Program-made: the position numbers and the translations under genes
Shown: piece after piece, positions 42,202 through 50,445 of the stretch
How the letters are laid out: every line of letters starts with the position of its first letter
Numbering within the stretch: position 1 is the stretch's first letter
The notes under the pieces: generated by a model
The model's database searches: none
The model's input: the letters and a program-made list of their open reading frames with translations, nothing else
What the model was told of the DNA's origin: nothing
Assembly (NCBI GenBank): GCA_963827475.1
Contig: CAWHAZ010000005.1
Span: forward strand, 640,001-704,000
DNA: 64,000 nucleotides
DNA from: an uncultured Chloroflexia bacterium
GTDB taxonomy: Bacteria > Chloroflexota > Limnocylindria > QHBO01
Direction: 5' to 3'

Positions 42202-42787
42202 AACCTGGCGCTGCTTCGTGGCGGTCCCCGTCCCGGACGCCCTCCGCCACGACCTGACGGCCGCGGTCGACGGATGGAAGGGCGAACCCGGCGCCCCAGA
42301 CCTGCGCTGGACCGATCCCGACGGCTGGCATGTCACCCTCGCTTTCCTCGGTGCGACCGATGCAGCGGCCGTGCCCGGGCTCAGCCGGGCGCTCGAATCG
42401 GTGATCGCCGGCCTGCCGCCGTCGTTCTCGCCGCTCCCGATGCGGACGGGAGCGCTCGGCGCCTTCCCGCGAGCGACCGCGGCACAGAGCGTGTGGCTCG
42501 GCATCGACGACTCGAGGCGTGAGCTGGGGGATCTCGCAGATGCCGTGCAGAAGGTCGTCCTCCCGGCCGAGAAATGGCGCCGTCTGCGGCCTCACCTGAC
42601 CCTGGGCCGGAGCCGCGTCCGCCGCGGAGAACCGCTCGACCGGTGGCTCTCGGGCCGGATCTTCCCGACGACCGACTTCGTCGTCCGCGACGTGGTCCTG
42701 TTCCGCAGCCACCTGGGCCGGGGACCGGCTCGCTACGAGGAACTTGCGCGCTTCCCGCTGGGCGGCGCAGGATCGGGGCGTGGCTGA
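42185..42787 (+). CDS. thpR: RNA 2',3'-cyclic phosphodiesterase (2H phosphoesterase)
   Basis: RCFVAV, HVTLAFLG and PHLTLGR motifs. Confidence 0.88.
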   Translation: MPDSAETWRCFVAVPVPDALRHDLTAAVDGWKGEPGAPDLRWTDPDGWHVTLAFLGATDAAAVPGLSRALESVIAGLPPSFSPLPMRTGALGAFPRATAAQSVWLGIDDSRRELGDLADAVQKVVLPAEKWRRLRPHLTLGRSRVRRGEPLDRWLSGRIFPTTDFVVRDVVLFRSHLGRGPARYEELARFPLGGAGSGRG

Positions 42788-43313
42788 CCTCCCGCCCCGC
42801 CTACCGCGTCCTCCGGTGGTCGCGGTCATCGGCGACGGCGACCCCCGGGGGCCGGACGCTCATCGGATCCTCGACTGGGCCGAGGAGGCGGCGCAGCTCC
42901 TCGCCCGCGGCGGCGCCACGGTCGTGACCGGCGGCATGAGCGGCGTGATGCGGGCCGCGTCGCGGGGCGCCGCCGGCGCCGGCGGGCTGACCATCGGCAT
43001 CCTGCCCGGGACTGATCCGGCGGAGGCCAACGAGTACGTGAAGGTGGCGATCCCCACCGGGCTCGGCGTGGTGCGAAACCTGGTGGTCGTCACCGCCGCC
43101 GATGCCGTCCTGGCGGTCGGCGGCCGGCACGGGACGCTGTCGGAGATCGGGCTGGCCCTGCGGATGGGCCGTGAGGTGGTGACCCTCGGGTCGTGGCGGA
43201 TCGAGTCCGACCAGCGCGTCGGCGGCCCGCGCCTGCACCGCGCCCGCGACCCGCGCGAGGCGGCTCAGCTCGCCCTGCGCCTGGCGAAAGCCGGACCGAT
43301 CTCGCCTGCCTGA
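42780..43313 (+). CDS. TIGR00725-like SLOG/LOG family nucleotide-binding protein
   Basis: TGG.SGVM.A, IGILPG, RN.VVV and GTLSEIG motifs. Confidence 0.88.
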   Translation: MADLPPRLPRPPVVAVIGDGDPRGPDAHRILDWAEEAAQLLARGGATVVTGGMSGVMRAASRGAAGAGGLTIGILPGTDPAEANEYVKVAIPTGLGVVRNLVVVTAADAVLAVGGRHGTLSEIGLALRMGREVVTLGSWRIESDQRVGGPRLHRARDPREAAQLALRLAKAGPISPA

Positions 43314-43324
43314 TCGCGTCGGCT

Positions 43325-44842
43325 CTAGTGGACGAGCCCCCGCTGCTGGAGCTGGTATAGCTTGTTGGGGTCGTATGGCATGTAAAGCTCGCCGTTGCCT
43401 CCGATGTCCCAGGTCCATGAGATGACCTGGACGGCCAGGGTTCCCGACCCTTCGCCGTTCCCTGTGATTTTCACGTCTGCCAAAGGCGCGTAGATCGTTC
43501 CAGCCAAGTCGAGAACACCCTGGCCCACCAGCTCGATCGGTGCCGCCGGGTTCCGGCCCAGCCGGTCCTGCCACATGAGGAGACCGCGCCAAGGTCCACT
43601 TGTCAGGCCCCACATTCGGAGGCTCGACTGCCCGCTCATCTTGATCTGCCCTTGGATGCAGCGAGCCAGAGTGGACGTCGCGCAGTCAGGGTCCATGGTG
43701 TTGTCCGTGCTGAATATGAGGACGCGGGCAGGATAAGCGGACGGATCCGGATCACCGCCGATGGCGTCTGGCGTGCTGTCGATTTCCGCGGATCCGGTGA
43801 TCGTGAGGCCGCCACCAGCGATGATGTATATCCCCGGCAGGAGCTTCACCGTCACGTTTTGGCCCGAGAAGTTCCAGCCGCCCCAGTAGACGCCCGGGGT
43901 GAGGGTAACCGTCGTGTCCTTCGTGTTCCACGAGCATCCAACCGACGTGGGCGTACTTGCAACGTAGACGATCTGATTGCCCTGCTTCTTCGGACAGAAG
44001 CCCGCCGGGTAGTCTTCTTGGCGCGGGCCAATTAGTTGGCTCAACGGATCGCCGATCGGAGTCGCCCCCTCGGTAACAGGCGTGGTGAGCGAGCCGCCGG
44101 ATGCCTGACACGTTCCGTGCACGTAGAGGTGCGGTGCGGTCAGCGATGCGCCTGCATTACCGCCCAGGTGGAATCCGCCGCTCCCGCTGCCGCATGCGTT
44201 GTCGAAGGTTCCGCCTGCGCACGCATCGTTGACATGCACATATCCCCCGCTGAAGGGCTCTTCAGTCTCGGGGTTCTCGACGGGCTCGATGACGATATCG
44301 CCATTCCCGTGCGTCTTTCCCGAGTCGCAGCCATCTGGTCGGAGCGCGACCAGGGAATTCGAGTTGGCGCTGGAAGTCTCGCGGGCGGCAATGGCCCCTG
44401 TCGCGACAAACGCTGTTGACTGCCCGAAAATGCGGCCAAAGAACAGCGGATGCTCGGCGTGGATGACGACCAGCACCATCTCGGGCCGCCCGGAGAATTC
44501 ATCTGCGTGCGGGCCGCTCGGCGGCCACAGGACCTCCAGATCGGCCGTAGCCATCGCATTCGTGCAGTCGCTGTCACCGGTGAAGAACCCGTTCTCTTGC
44601 GCGTAGAAGCAAGCAACGTCGTCCATCTTGGCCTGGACCACCGGGTCACCCGGCCCGGTTGCCTCCAGGATGTAGCGCGCAGCGGCTATAGCGGCGGGGT
44701 CGGCCGCGTTCTGCTCCTGCCGGCGAAGCATCCACGAGAAGCCGAGGTCGAGCACGAGTGCTGCGACGGCGAGAAGACCGAAGAGCGCGAACGCGGTCAT
44801 GACCAACACCTGCCCTCTGTCGTCCGATCGGTGAGTCGTCAT
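43325..44842 (-). CDS. TadG-like pseudopilin/adhesin
   Basis: RGQVLV prepilin site, hydrophobic segment, DLG and QNAADPAA.AAA; Cys/Gly-rich beta-strand C-terminus. Confidence 0.85.
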   Translation of the reverse strand: MTTHRSDDRGQVLVMTAFALFGLLAVAALVLDLGFSWMLRRQEQNAADPAAIAAARYILEATGPGDPVVQAKMDDVACFYAQENGFFTGDSDCTNAMATADLEVLWPPSGPHADEFSGRPEMVLVVIHAEHPLFFGRIFGQSTAFVATGAIAARETSSANSNSLVALRPDGCDSGKTHGNGDIVIEPVENPETEEPFSGGYVHVNDACAGGTFDNACGSGSGGFHLGGNAGASLTAPHLYVHGTCQASGGSLTTPVTEGATPIGDPLSQLIGPRQEDYPAGFCPKKQGNQIVYVASTPTSVGCSWNTKDTTVTLTPGVYWGGWNFSGQNVTVKLLPGIYIIAGGGLTITGSAEIDSTPDAIGGDPDPSAYPARVLIFSTDNTMDPDCATSTLARCIQGQIKMSGQSSLRMWGLTSGPWRGLLMWQDRLGRNPAAPIELVGQGVLDLAGTIYAPLADVKITGNGEGSGTLAVQVISWTWDIGGNGELYMPYDPNKLYQLQQRGLVH

Positions 44843-44853
44843 CGACACTCGTC

Positions 44854-45534
44854 CTATTGCTGGTGGTGCATGGCTTCGGTGATTTCCGCGCGCATGGTGA
44901 TACCGCCTCCCAGCAGATCGGTGATGAACGGCGGCGCCCAGATGTAGCAGGCATAGATCGTGACCTGGTTTGCGGCGGATTGCTGGGGACTTGAAACGGC
45001 GAGGTTGCTCGCTTGGTCGTCGGAGAGGCTCGTGAGCGGGGGCGGACACCCGAGGGCGGAGCTATTGGTCCGGGGATCGACTCCGCCAATAGTGCATTCG
45101 CGGAACTCGTTGACAACCCCATCGGGGCCAAGCGGCGCCGCGTCCCAAGCCATCGGAGTGTCATCCCAATAGCCCGACCAGCACGCGGCGAAATGGACCT
45201 GGCTGGTGTCCAGGCCCCAGATCATGGCGCGAGCGTGGGCCGTCATTTTGGGCCAGCGCAGGGTGGGAGGGTCACACTCAAACCATGTTTCCTGATCGAT
45301 TTCCGGCCCGACGCGGCTCCACTGCGGTTCGCGGTTGGAAGTCGTGGGGCACTGGGAGGTGGCACTGTGAATCGCCGCATACCGAGCCGCCTCGCGTGCG
45401 GCGTTCGTGAGTTGCTGCTGGTAGAAGACGCCGATCCCCAGGGTGAAGATCGCCACCAGCGTGACGACGAACAGCGGGGCAACCAGAGCAAATTCCACGA
45501 GGGCCTGCCCGCGGGAGTCACGTGATCGCTTCAT
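44854..45534 (-). CDS. TadE-like pseudopilin
   Basis: RGQALVEFALVAP and NAAREAARYA motifs. Confidence 0.9.
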   Translation of the reverse strand: MKRSRDSRGQALVEFALVAPLFVVTLVAIFTLGIGVFYQQQLTNAAREAARYAAIHSATSQCPTTSNREPQWSRVGPEIDQETWFECDPPTLRWPKMTAHARAMIWGLDTSQVHFAACWSGYWDDTPMAWDAAPLGPDGVVNEFRECTIGGVDPRTNSSALGCPPPLTSLSDDQASNLAVSSPQQSAANQVTIYACYIWAPPFITDLLGGGITMRAEITEAMHHQQ

Positions 45535-46379
45535 CAGTTCGGGCTCCCGCTCGCCTCGGCCGACGGCTCCGCGGAAGCCTCGGGGCTTGGCGTCGGCAGC
45601 TCTTCCGATGAGGGTGCAGGTGGGGGCGTCGGCGGCTCGGGAGTCGCGGGCGGAGGATCGAATCCGATGGCGAAGGTGTGGTCCGCTTTGAGGAAGATAT
45701 CCCCGATAGATAGGAACTCATACAGCGTTGTGAATTGGTAGCAGACCCTTACTTCGACGTACCGGGTCTCCAGCGGGTCCGGACCCGCCTCGACGAACGC
45801 GATCGAGTTGTTGGGAGGCGGACGAAGATTGCTGCAGGGATCATCGGCGGGGATCGTCTCGCCGTACGCGGCGTATGCACAGAACGGATCGACACCGTCA
45901 TGGACGCAGACCATGATGAGCGGCACCGACTGGGGGTCATCCGGCGAGCTCGGGTCCTCTTCGAAGCACATCTCCTCGTTCGGGGCTGTGAGCGGGTCGT
46001 CGGGAACGTAGGTCGTGTTCGGTAGCAGGCGTAGCTCGCGGCATGCGACTTGCGCGGCGAGAGCGTGGAGGGCTGCGTAATAGGCGACCCCGTTGTAGTC
46101 GGGGTCGCCCAGCCGCGGGGCGGGGTCCGTCATCGGCCGCGGTGGGCTCCCAGGGGGATTGCGGAGGTAATCCTGGGCGGCAACCTCGGCCGCGTTTCGA
46201 GTCCCGGCCTCGAATCGTGATGGCGGCCGAGAAGACGCGACCGAAGTCGGCGATGGCGAGAAGGATGACGAGCAGGAGCGGAAGCACAGTGCGAACTCGA
46301 CCAGGGACTGGCCTCCCGGCTCTGCACGCGACCCGCCTCGCTTCTCCCTGCGAACGGGTGGTCCTCGCAGCGTGGGCAC
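45534..46379 (-). CDS. TadE-like pseudopilin; two compensating frameshifts near 46287 and 46215
   Basis: GQSLVEFAL, then VLPLLLVILLAIADFGR in another frame, then RNAAEVAA; Pro-rich tail. Confidence 0.8.
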   Translation of the reverse strand: MPTLRGPPVRREKRGGSRAEPGGQSLVEFALCFRSCSSSFSPSPTSVASSRPPSRFEAGTRNAAEVAAQDYLRNPPGSPPRPMTDPAPRLGDPDYNGVAYYAALHALAAQVACRELRLLPNTTYVPDDPLTAPNEEMCFEEDPSSPDDPQSVPLIMVCVHDGVDPFCAYAAYGETIPADDPCSNLRPPPNNSIAFVEAGPDPLETRYVEVRVCYQFTTLYEFLSIGDIFLKADHTFAIGFDPPPATPEPPTPPPAPSSEELPTPSPEASAEPSAEASGSPN

Positions 46380-46458
46380 CTCCGCTACGCTTTCCCCGGT
46401 ATCGCCGGAGCGGAGGGACTTTCGTACTTCCGCTGACGAGTACGAATGGCGGGCACGG

Positions 46459-46494
46459 AGTGTAGGCCGATCCACCTTGCAGGGCACCTTGCAG
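46459..46494 (-). promoter_or_regulatory. Putative tad cassette promoter with a 10-bp direct repeat
   Basis: TACACT on the - strand at 46464-46459; CACCTTGCAG at 46473 and 46485. Confidence 0.5.
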
Positions 46495-46554
46495 AACCGC
46501 CCCGAACCGCACCTCCGGCGCGCGGCTGCACCACTATTTGAGCGTGTTTGACCG

Positions 46555-47154
46555 ATGACCGAGCGCGTGCTGGTGCTTCCCCGCGAGGACGTCCCGGGCG
46601 GATGCGACTACACGGGACTCCGGCCGTTCGAGGGCAACCAGATGGCCGATCTGCTGGACGCCGTCGCGCGAACGGGCCGCTGGATGGATCGCGCGGCCGC
46701 CGAGACCGACCCAACCCACAAGCAGCTGATTCCGTATGTCGTCGTCCGGGACGGGGAGCGGGCCTTCCTGATGGAGCGGACGGCGGCCGGCGGCGACGCC
46801 CGCCTGCACCATCGGGCCACGATCGGCGTCGGTGGCCACGTCAATCCGGTGGACGACGGCCAGGATCCGATCGCGACCGGGCTGCGGCGCGAGTGGGTCG
46901 AGGAGATCGAGGCCGACTGGGACCCGCACTTCGAGCCCATCGGTCTGCTGAACGACGATCGAAACCCCGTGGGCGCCGTGCACCTCGGTCTCGTCTACGA
47001 GGTCGAGGCCGCCGGTCGACCGTTCTCGGTGCGGGAGCACGAGAAGCTGTCCGGACGCCTGGCCAGCGCCGACGAGATCCGGGCGGCGTGGGATCGGATG
47101 GAGTCGTGGTCGCAGCTCGTGGTCCGCGCGCTCTGGGGGCCCTCGACCGGCTGA
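46555..47154 (+). CDS. NUDIX family phosphoesterase
   Basis: E.DP..KQLIPY, IGVGGHVN, GLRREWVEE and VG.VHLG motifs. Confidence 0.85.
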   Translation: MTERVLVLPREDVPGGCDYTGLRPFEGNQMADLLDAVARTGRWMDRAAAETDPTHKQLIPYVVVRDGERAFLMERTAAGGDARLHHRATIGVGGHVNPVDDGQDPIATGLRREWVEEIEADWDPHFEPIGLLNDDRNPVGAVHLGLVYEVEAAGRPFSVREHEKLSGRLASADEIRAAWDRMESWSQLVVRALWGPSTG

Positions 47155-47189
47155 GTGGCACCGCGATGGCCCACGCCTATACTCGAAGC

Positions 47190-48542
47190 GTGGCATCCCT
47201 CCGGCGCGGTGTCCTCGGCGCCCTCGTCCTCGCCGGGCTGGCGGGGTCGGTGCTGGCCGGCCAGGAGCCGGTGGCGGTCCTCGAGCTGACCGGCGTCATC
47301 GACCAGGTCAACGCGAGCTACATCGAAGAGGGGATCGCGGCGGCCGACGAGGCCGGTGCGGTGGCCGTGCTCATCGAGATCGACTCGCCCGGCGGGGAGC
47401 TCACCAGCACCGACCGGATCGAGAAGGCCATCCTCAACAGCCCGATCCCGGTCATCACCTGGGTCACGCCTTCAGGCGGGCAGGCCGCGTCGGCGGCAAC
47501 GTTCATCACGCTCGCCGGCGATGTCGCCGCGATGGCGCCGCTGACCACCATCGGATCGGCCTCCGTCGTCGGATCGGGCGGGGAGGAGCTGCCGCCGACC
47601 ATCGCGGCCAAGATCACGAACGACCTGGTGGCGAACATCCGGGGCCTGGCCGAGGCCCACGGCCGCAACGCGGACTGGGCCGAGTCGGCGGTCCGCGACG
47701 CGGCCAACGTCGGTGCCGAGGACGCGGTCGAGATGGAGCCTCCGGTCGTCGACATCCTGGCCGAGACGACCGAGGAGCTGTTCGCGGCCGTCGACACCGG
47801 GGAGCGAGCGGACGGCTATGCCTACCACTTCAACGGCGAGCCGCTGCCCGAGCTCAGCGGCCGCCAGCTGATGCCGATCGGCATGAACGTGGGCCAGGAG
47901 CTCATTCACCTCCTCAGCGACCCGAACATCGCGTTCCTGCTGTTCAACATCGGCTTCATCGGCATCCTGGCCGAGCTGTACAACCCGAACTTCTTCTCGG
48001 GCATCGTGGGCGCCATCGCCATCGTGCTGGCCTTCATCGGCTCCAACAGCCTCCCGCTCAATATCGGTGGCCTGGTGCTGATCCTGATCGGCATGGGACT
48101 GTTCGCCCTCGAGCTGTTCGTGACCTCCTACGGCCTGCTCACCGTGGCCGGGGTGATCGCCCTCATCCTTGGCGCGGCCGCGCTCTACACCGGCGTCGAC
48201 GGGACCGATGCGATCCAGATCGAGCTGAACCCGATCCTCATCGGCATTCCGATCGTCCTGGCCGTCGGGTTCATCGCTCTCGTGGCCCGCGGGGCCGTCC
48301 AAATGCGCCGCCGCGCGGCGCCGACACAGCCCATGCTTGCCCTCGTCGGTGCGGACGGCACGGCCGAAACGCCGATCGCGCCGACCGGCATTGCCCACGC
48401 ACAGGGAGAGACGTGGACGGCGCGGAGCCGGCAGGGATCCATCCGGCCCGGGGAGGCGCTCCGCGTGGTCGGCGTTGACGGACTCGAGCTGATCGTCGAG
48501 CCGGCCGGAAGCCGGTCCGACCACCCCACCGAAGAGGAGTAA
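47190..48542 (+). CDS. Long-form NfeD (ClpP-like protease + TM + OB domain)
   Basis: DSPGG, AASAA, AMAP.T.IG and GRN..WA motifs; TM block; GETWTA; TATACT 6 nt before GTG. Confidence 0.9.
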   Translation: MASLRRGVLGALVLAGLAGSVLAGQEPVAVLELTGVIDQVNASYIEEGIAAADEAGAVAVLIEIDSPGGELTSTDRIEKAILNSPIPVITWVTPSGGQAASAATFITLAGDVAAMAPLTTIGSASVVGSGGEELPPTIAAKITNDLVANIRGLAEAHGRNADWAESAVRDAANVGAEDAVEMEPPVVDILAETTEELFAAVDTGERADGYAYHFNGEPLPELSGRQLMPIGMNVGQELIHLLSDPNIAFLLFNIGFIGILAELYNPNFFSGIVGAIAIVLAFIGSNSLPLNIGGLVLILIGMGLFALELFVTSYGLLTVAGVIALILGAAALYTGVDGTDAIQIELNPILIGIPIVLAVGFIALVARGAVQMRRRAAPTQPMLALVGADGTAETPIAPTGIAHAQGETWTARSRQGSIRPGEALRVVGVDGLELIVEPAGSRSDHPTEEE

Positions 48543-48545
48543 CCG

Positions 48546-49454
48546 ATGGAAGTCCTGATCCCGATCGCGCTGGTGATCATCGCCCTGGCCCTGCTCTTGT
48601 GGCTGATCTTCAGCATCGTCCACGTTGTCCGCGAGTACGAGCGGCTGGTGGTGTTCTTCTTCGGGCGGCTGCAGGGCGCCCAGGGCCCGGGTCTCGTCCT
48701 GCTCATCCCGATCGTCCAGCAGGCCGTCAAGGTCGATCTCCGGGAGAGCTTCCTCGAGATCCCCCAGCAAAGCTGCATCACGAAGGACAACGCCCCGATC
48801 AGCATCGACTTCCTCGTCTACTCCAAGGTGTTCGAGCCGATGATCACCGTCACCGCGGTGACCGATTTCACGGGCGCCTCCCAGGCCCTGGCGGCGACCA
48901 CCCTGCGGGCCGTGATCGGCGACATTCCGCTCGACGACGTGCTGGCCAAGCGGGAGGAGATCAACCACATCCTGCGCGCCAAGCTCGACGAGGTGACCGA
49001 GCGCTGGGGCGTGAAGATCACCAGCGTCGAGATCCGGGAAATTCAACCACCACGCGACATCCAGGACGCGATGAACCGCCAGATGAGCGCGGAGCGGAAC
49101 CGACGTGCCGTGATCACCGAGTCGGAGGGCACCCGGCAGGCCTCGATCAACGTCGCCGAGGGCGACAAGCAGAGCACCGTCCTGCGGGCCGAGGGCGACA
49201 AGCAGAGCGCCATCCTGCGGGCCGAAGGTGAGCGGCAGGCCCAGGCACTGCGGGCCGAGGGCTACGGCACGGCGTTGACCACGATCTTCGGCGCCGCCAG
49301 CGGGGTGGACGAGAAGACGATGCAGATCCAGTACCTCGAGGTCCTCCGCGCGCTTGCCTCCTCCGAGAGCAAGACCTGGATCGTCCCGATGGAGGTCACC
49401 GAGCTGACCCGCCGCATCGGCGCCACGCTCGGCGTCGGGAGCACCGAGCCCTGA
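48546..49454 (+). CDS. SPFH/stomatin (QmcA-like) protein
   Basis: EYER.V, ITKDN, TTLRAVIG and WGVKI motifs; AEG.KQS repeats; follows nfeD. Confidence 0.92.
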   Translation: MEVLIPIALVIIALALLLWLIFSIVHVVREYERLVVFFFGRLQGAQGPGLVLLIPIVQQAVKVDLRESFLEIPQQSCITKDNAPISIDFLVYSKVFEPMITVTAVTDFTGASQALAATTLRAVIGDIPLDDVLAKREEINHILRAKLDEVTERWGVKITSVEIREIQPPRDIQDAMNRQMSAERNRRAVITESEGTRQASINVAEGDKQSTVLRAEGDKQSAILRAEGERQAQALRAEGYGTALTTIFGAASGVDEKTMQIQYLEVLRALASSESKTWIVPMEVTELTRRIGATLGVGSTEP

Positions 49455-50383
49455 GCCGGTCAGGCGGCTCACGGGGCCGCGGCCTGCTGGCCGCCCTCGG
49501 CGGGCTCGTCGGCGCGCTGACCGCCGGCTACCTGGGCTACCTGGGGGTCGTCGGCTCGCGGCGGGTGGTGACGCCAGTCATTCACCCAGAGGACGAGATC
49601 GCCGACCTGCCGCGGTCACCGGCGGAGCTCGGCCTGCCCCACGAGGCGGTTCGGTTCACGACCGATGACGGAGTCACCCTCGACGGGTGGCTGATCCCCG
49701 CGGCGCGCGACACCCGGGCGGCCGTGATCCTCCTCCACGGCTTCTCATGGCATCGCGTGCCCTGGCTCTCGCTCTTCGTGCCCTGGCTCCGGGAGCGGTA
49801 CCACGTCCTCCAGTTCGACTTCCGCGGCCATGGCGCATCGGACCCGGCGGCGACCACCCTGGGCTCGGCCGAGCGACGGGACGTGGCCGCCGCTGTTCGC
49901 CTGCTCGAGGGCCGGGGTCTCGGCCCGATCGCCCTGTACGGGATCAGCATGGGCGGGGCGACGGCCATCCTCGCCGCGCCCGACCTGCCGGTCGCCGCGG
50001 TCGTGGCCGATGCGGCCTACGCCGACATCCGGCACCCGATCGCGAACCGGATGCGCGAGCAGCGACTTCCCCTGCCCGGACTGGGGTCGTGGCTGGTCGT
50101 CGCCGGCGCCGCGCTGCGGGCACGGACCCGGTTCCTGTCGCCGGTCGATCGGGTCGCCGACGTCGCACCCCGGGGCCTCCTCCTCATTGCCCCGCGCGAC
50201 GACAAGCTCGTCAGCTGGAGGCAATCGGTGAGCCTGTACGAGGCGGCCGGAGAGCCGAAGGACCTGTACGTCGTCGAGGGTGCGGCGCACGGGGAAGCGC
50301 GAGTGGTGGGCGGGGCGGAGTACGTGCGCCGGGTGCTCGCGTTCCTCGACACCTATCTGGAGCGACCGGGCAGCCGACTATAA
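49451..50383 (+). CDS. Membrane-anchored alpha/beta hydrolase
   Basis: LHG, DFRGHG.S, GISMG, DKLV and GAAH motifs; the TM segment lies upstream of GTG 49565, and the frame is open from CTG 49451. Confidence 0.85.
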   Translation: MSRSGGSRGRGLLAALGGLVGALTAGYLGYLGVVGSRRVVTPVIHPEDEIADLPRSPAELGLPHEAVRFTTDDGVTLDGWLIPAARDTRAAVILLHGFSWHRVPWLSLFVPWLRERYHVLQFDFRGHGASDPAATTLGSAERRDVAAAVRLLEGRGLGPIALYGISMGGATAILAAPDLPVAAVVADAAYADIRHPIANRMREQRLPLPGLGSWLVVAGAALRARTRFLSPVDRVADVAPRGLLLIAPRDDKLVSWRQSVSLYEAAGEPKDLYVVEGAAHGEARVVGGAEYVRRVLAFLDTYLERPGSRL

Positions 50384-50445
50384 TCCGCCCCGCGCCCGGG
50401 TCGGATGCGGACCTGCCGGACCGGCCGGGGCTCTCGCGAGGCCCC

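Noticed and set aside
49150-49262. 33-bp repeats in the SPFH gene
   Set aside because: They encode the normal AEG.KQ coiled-coil repeats of QmcA-like proteins.
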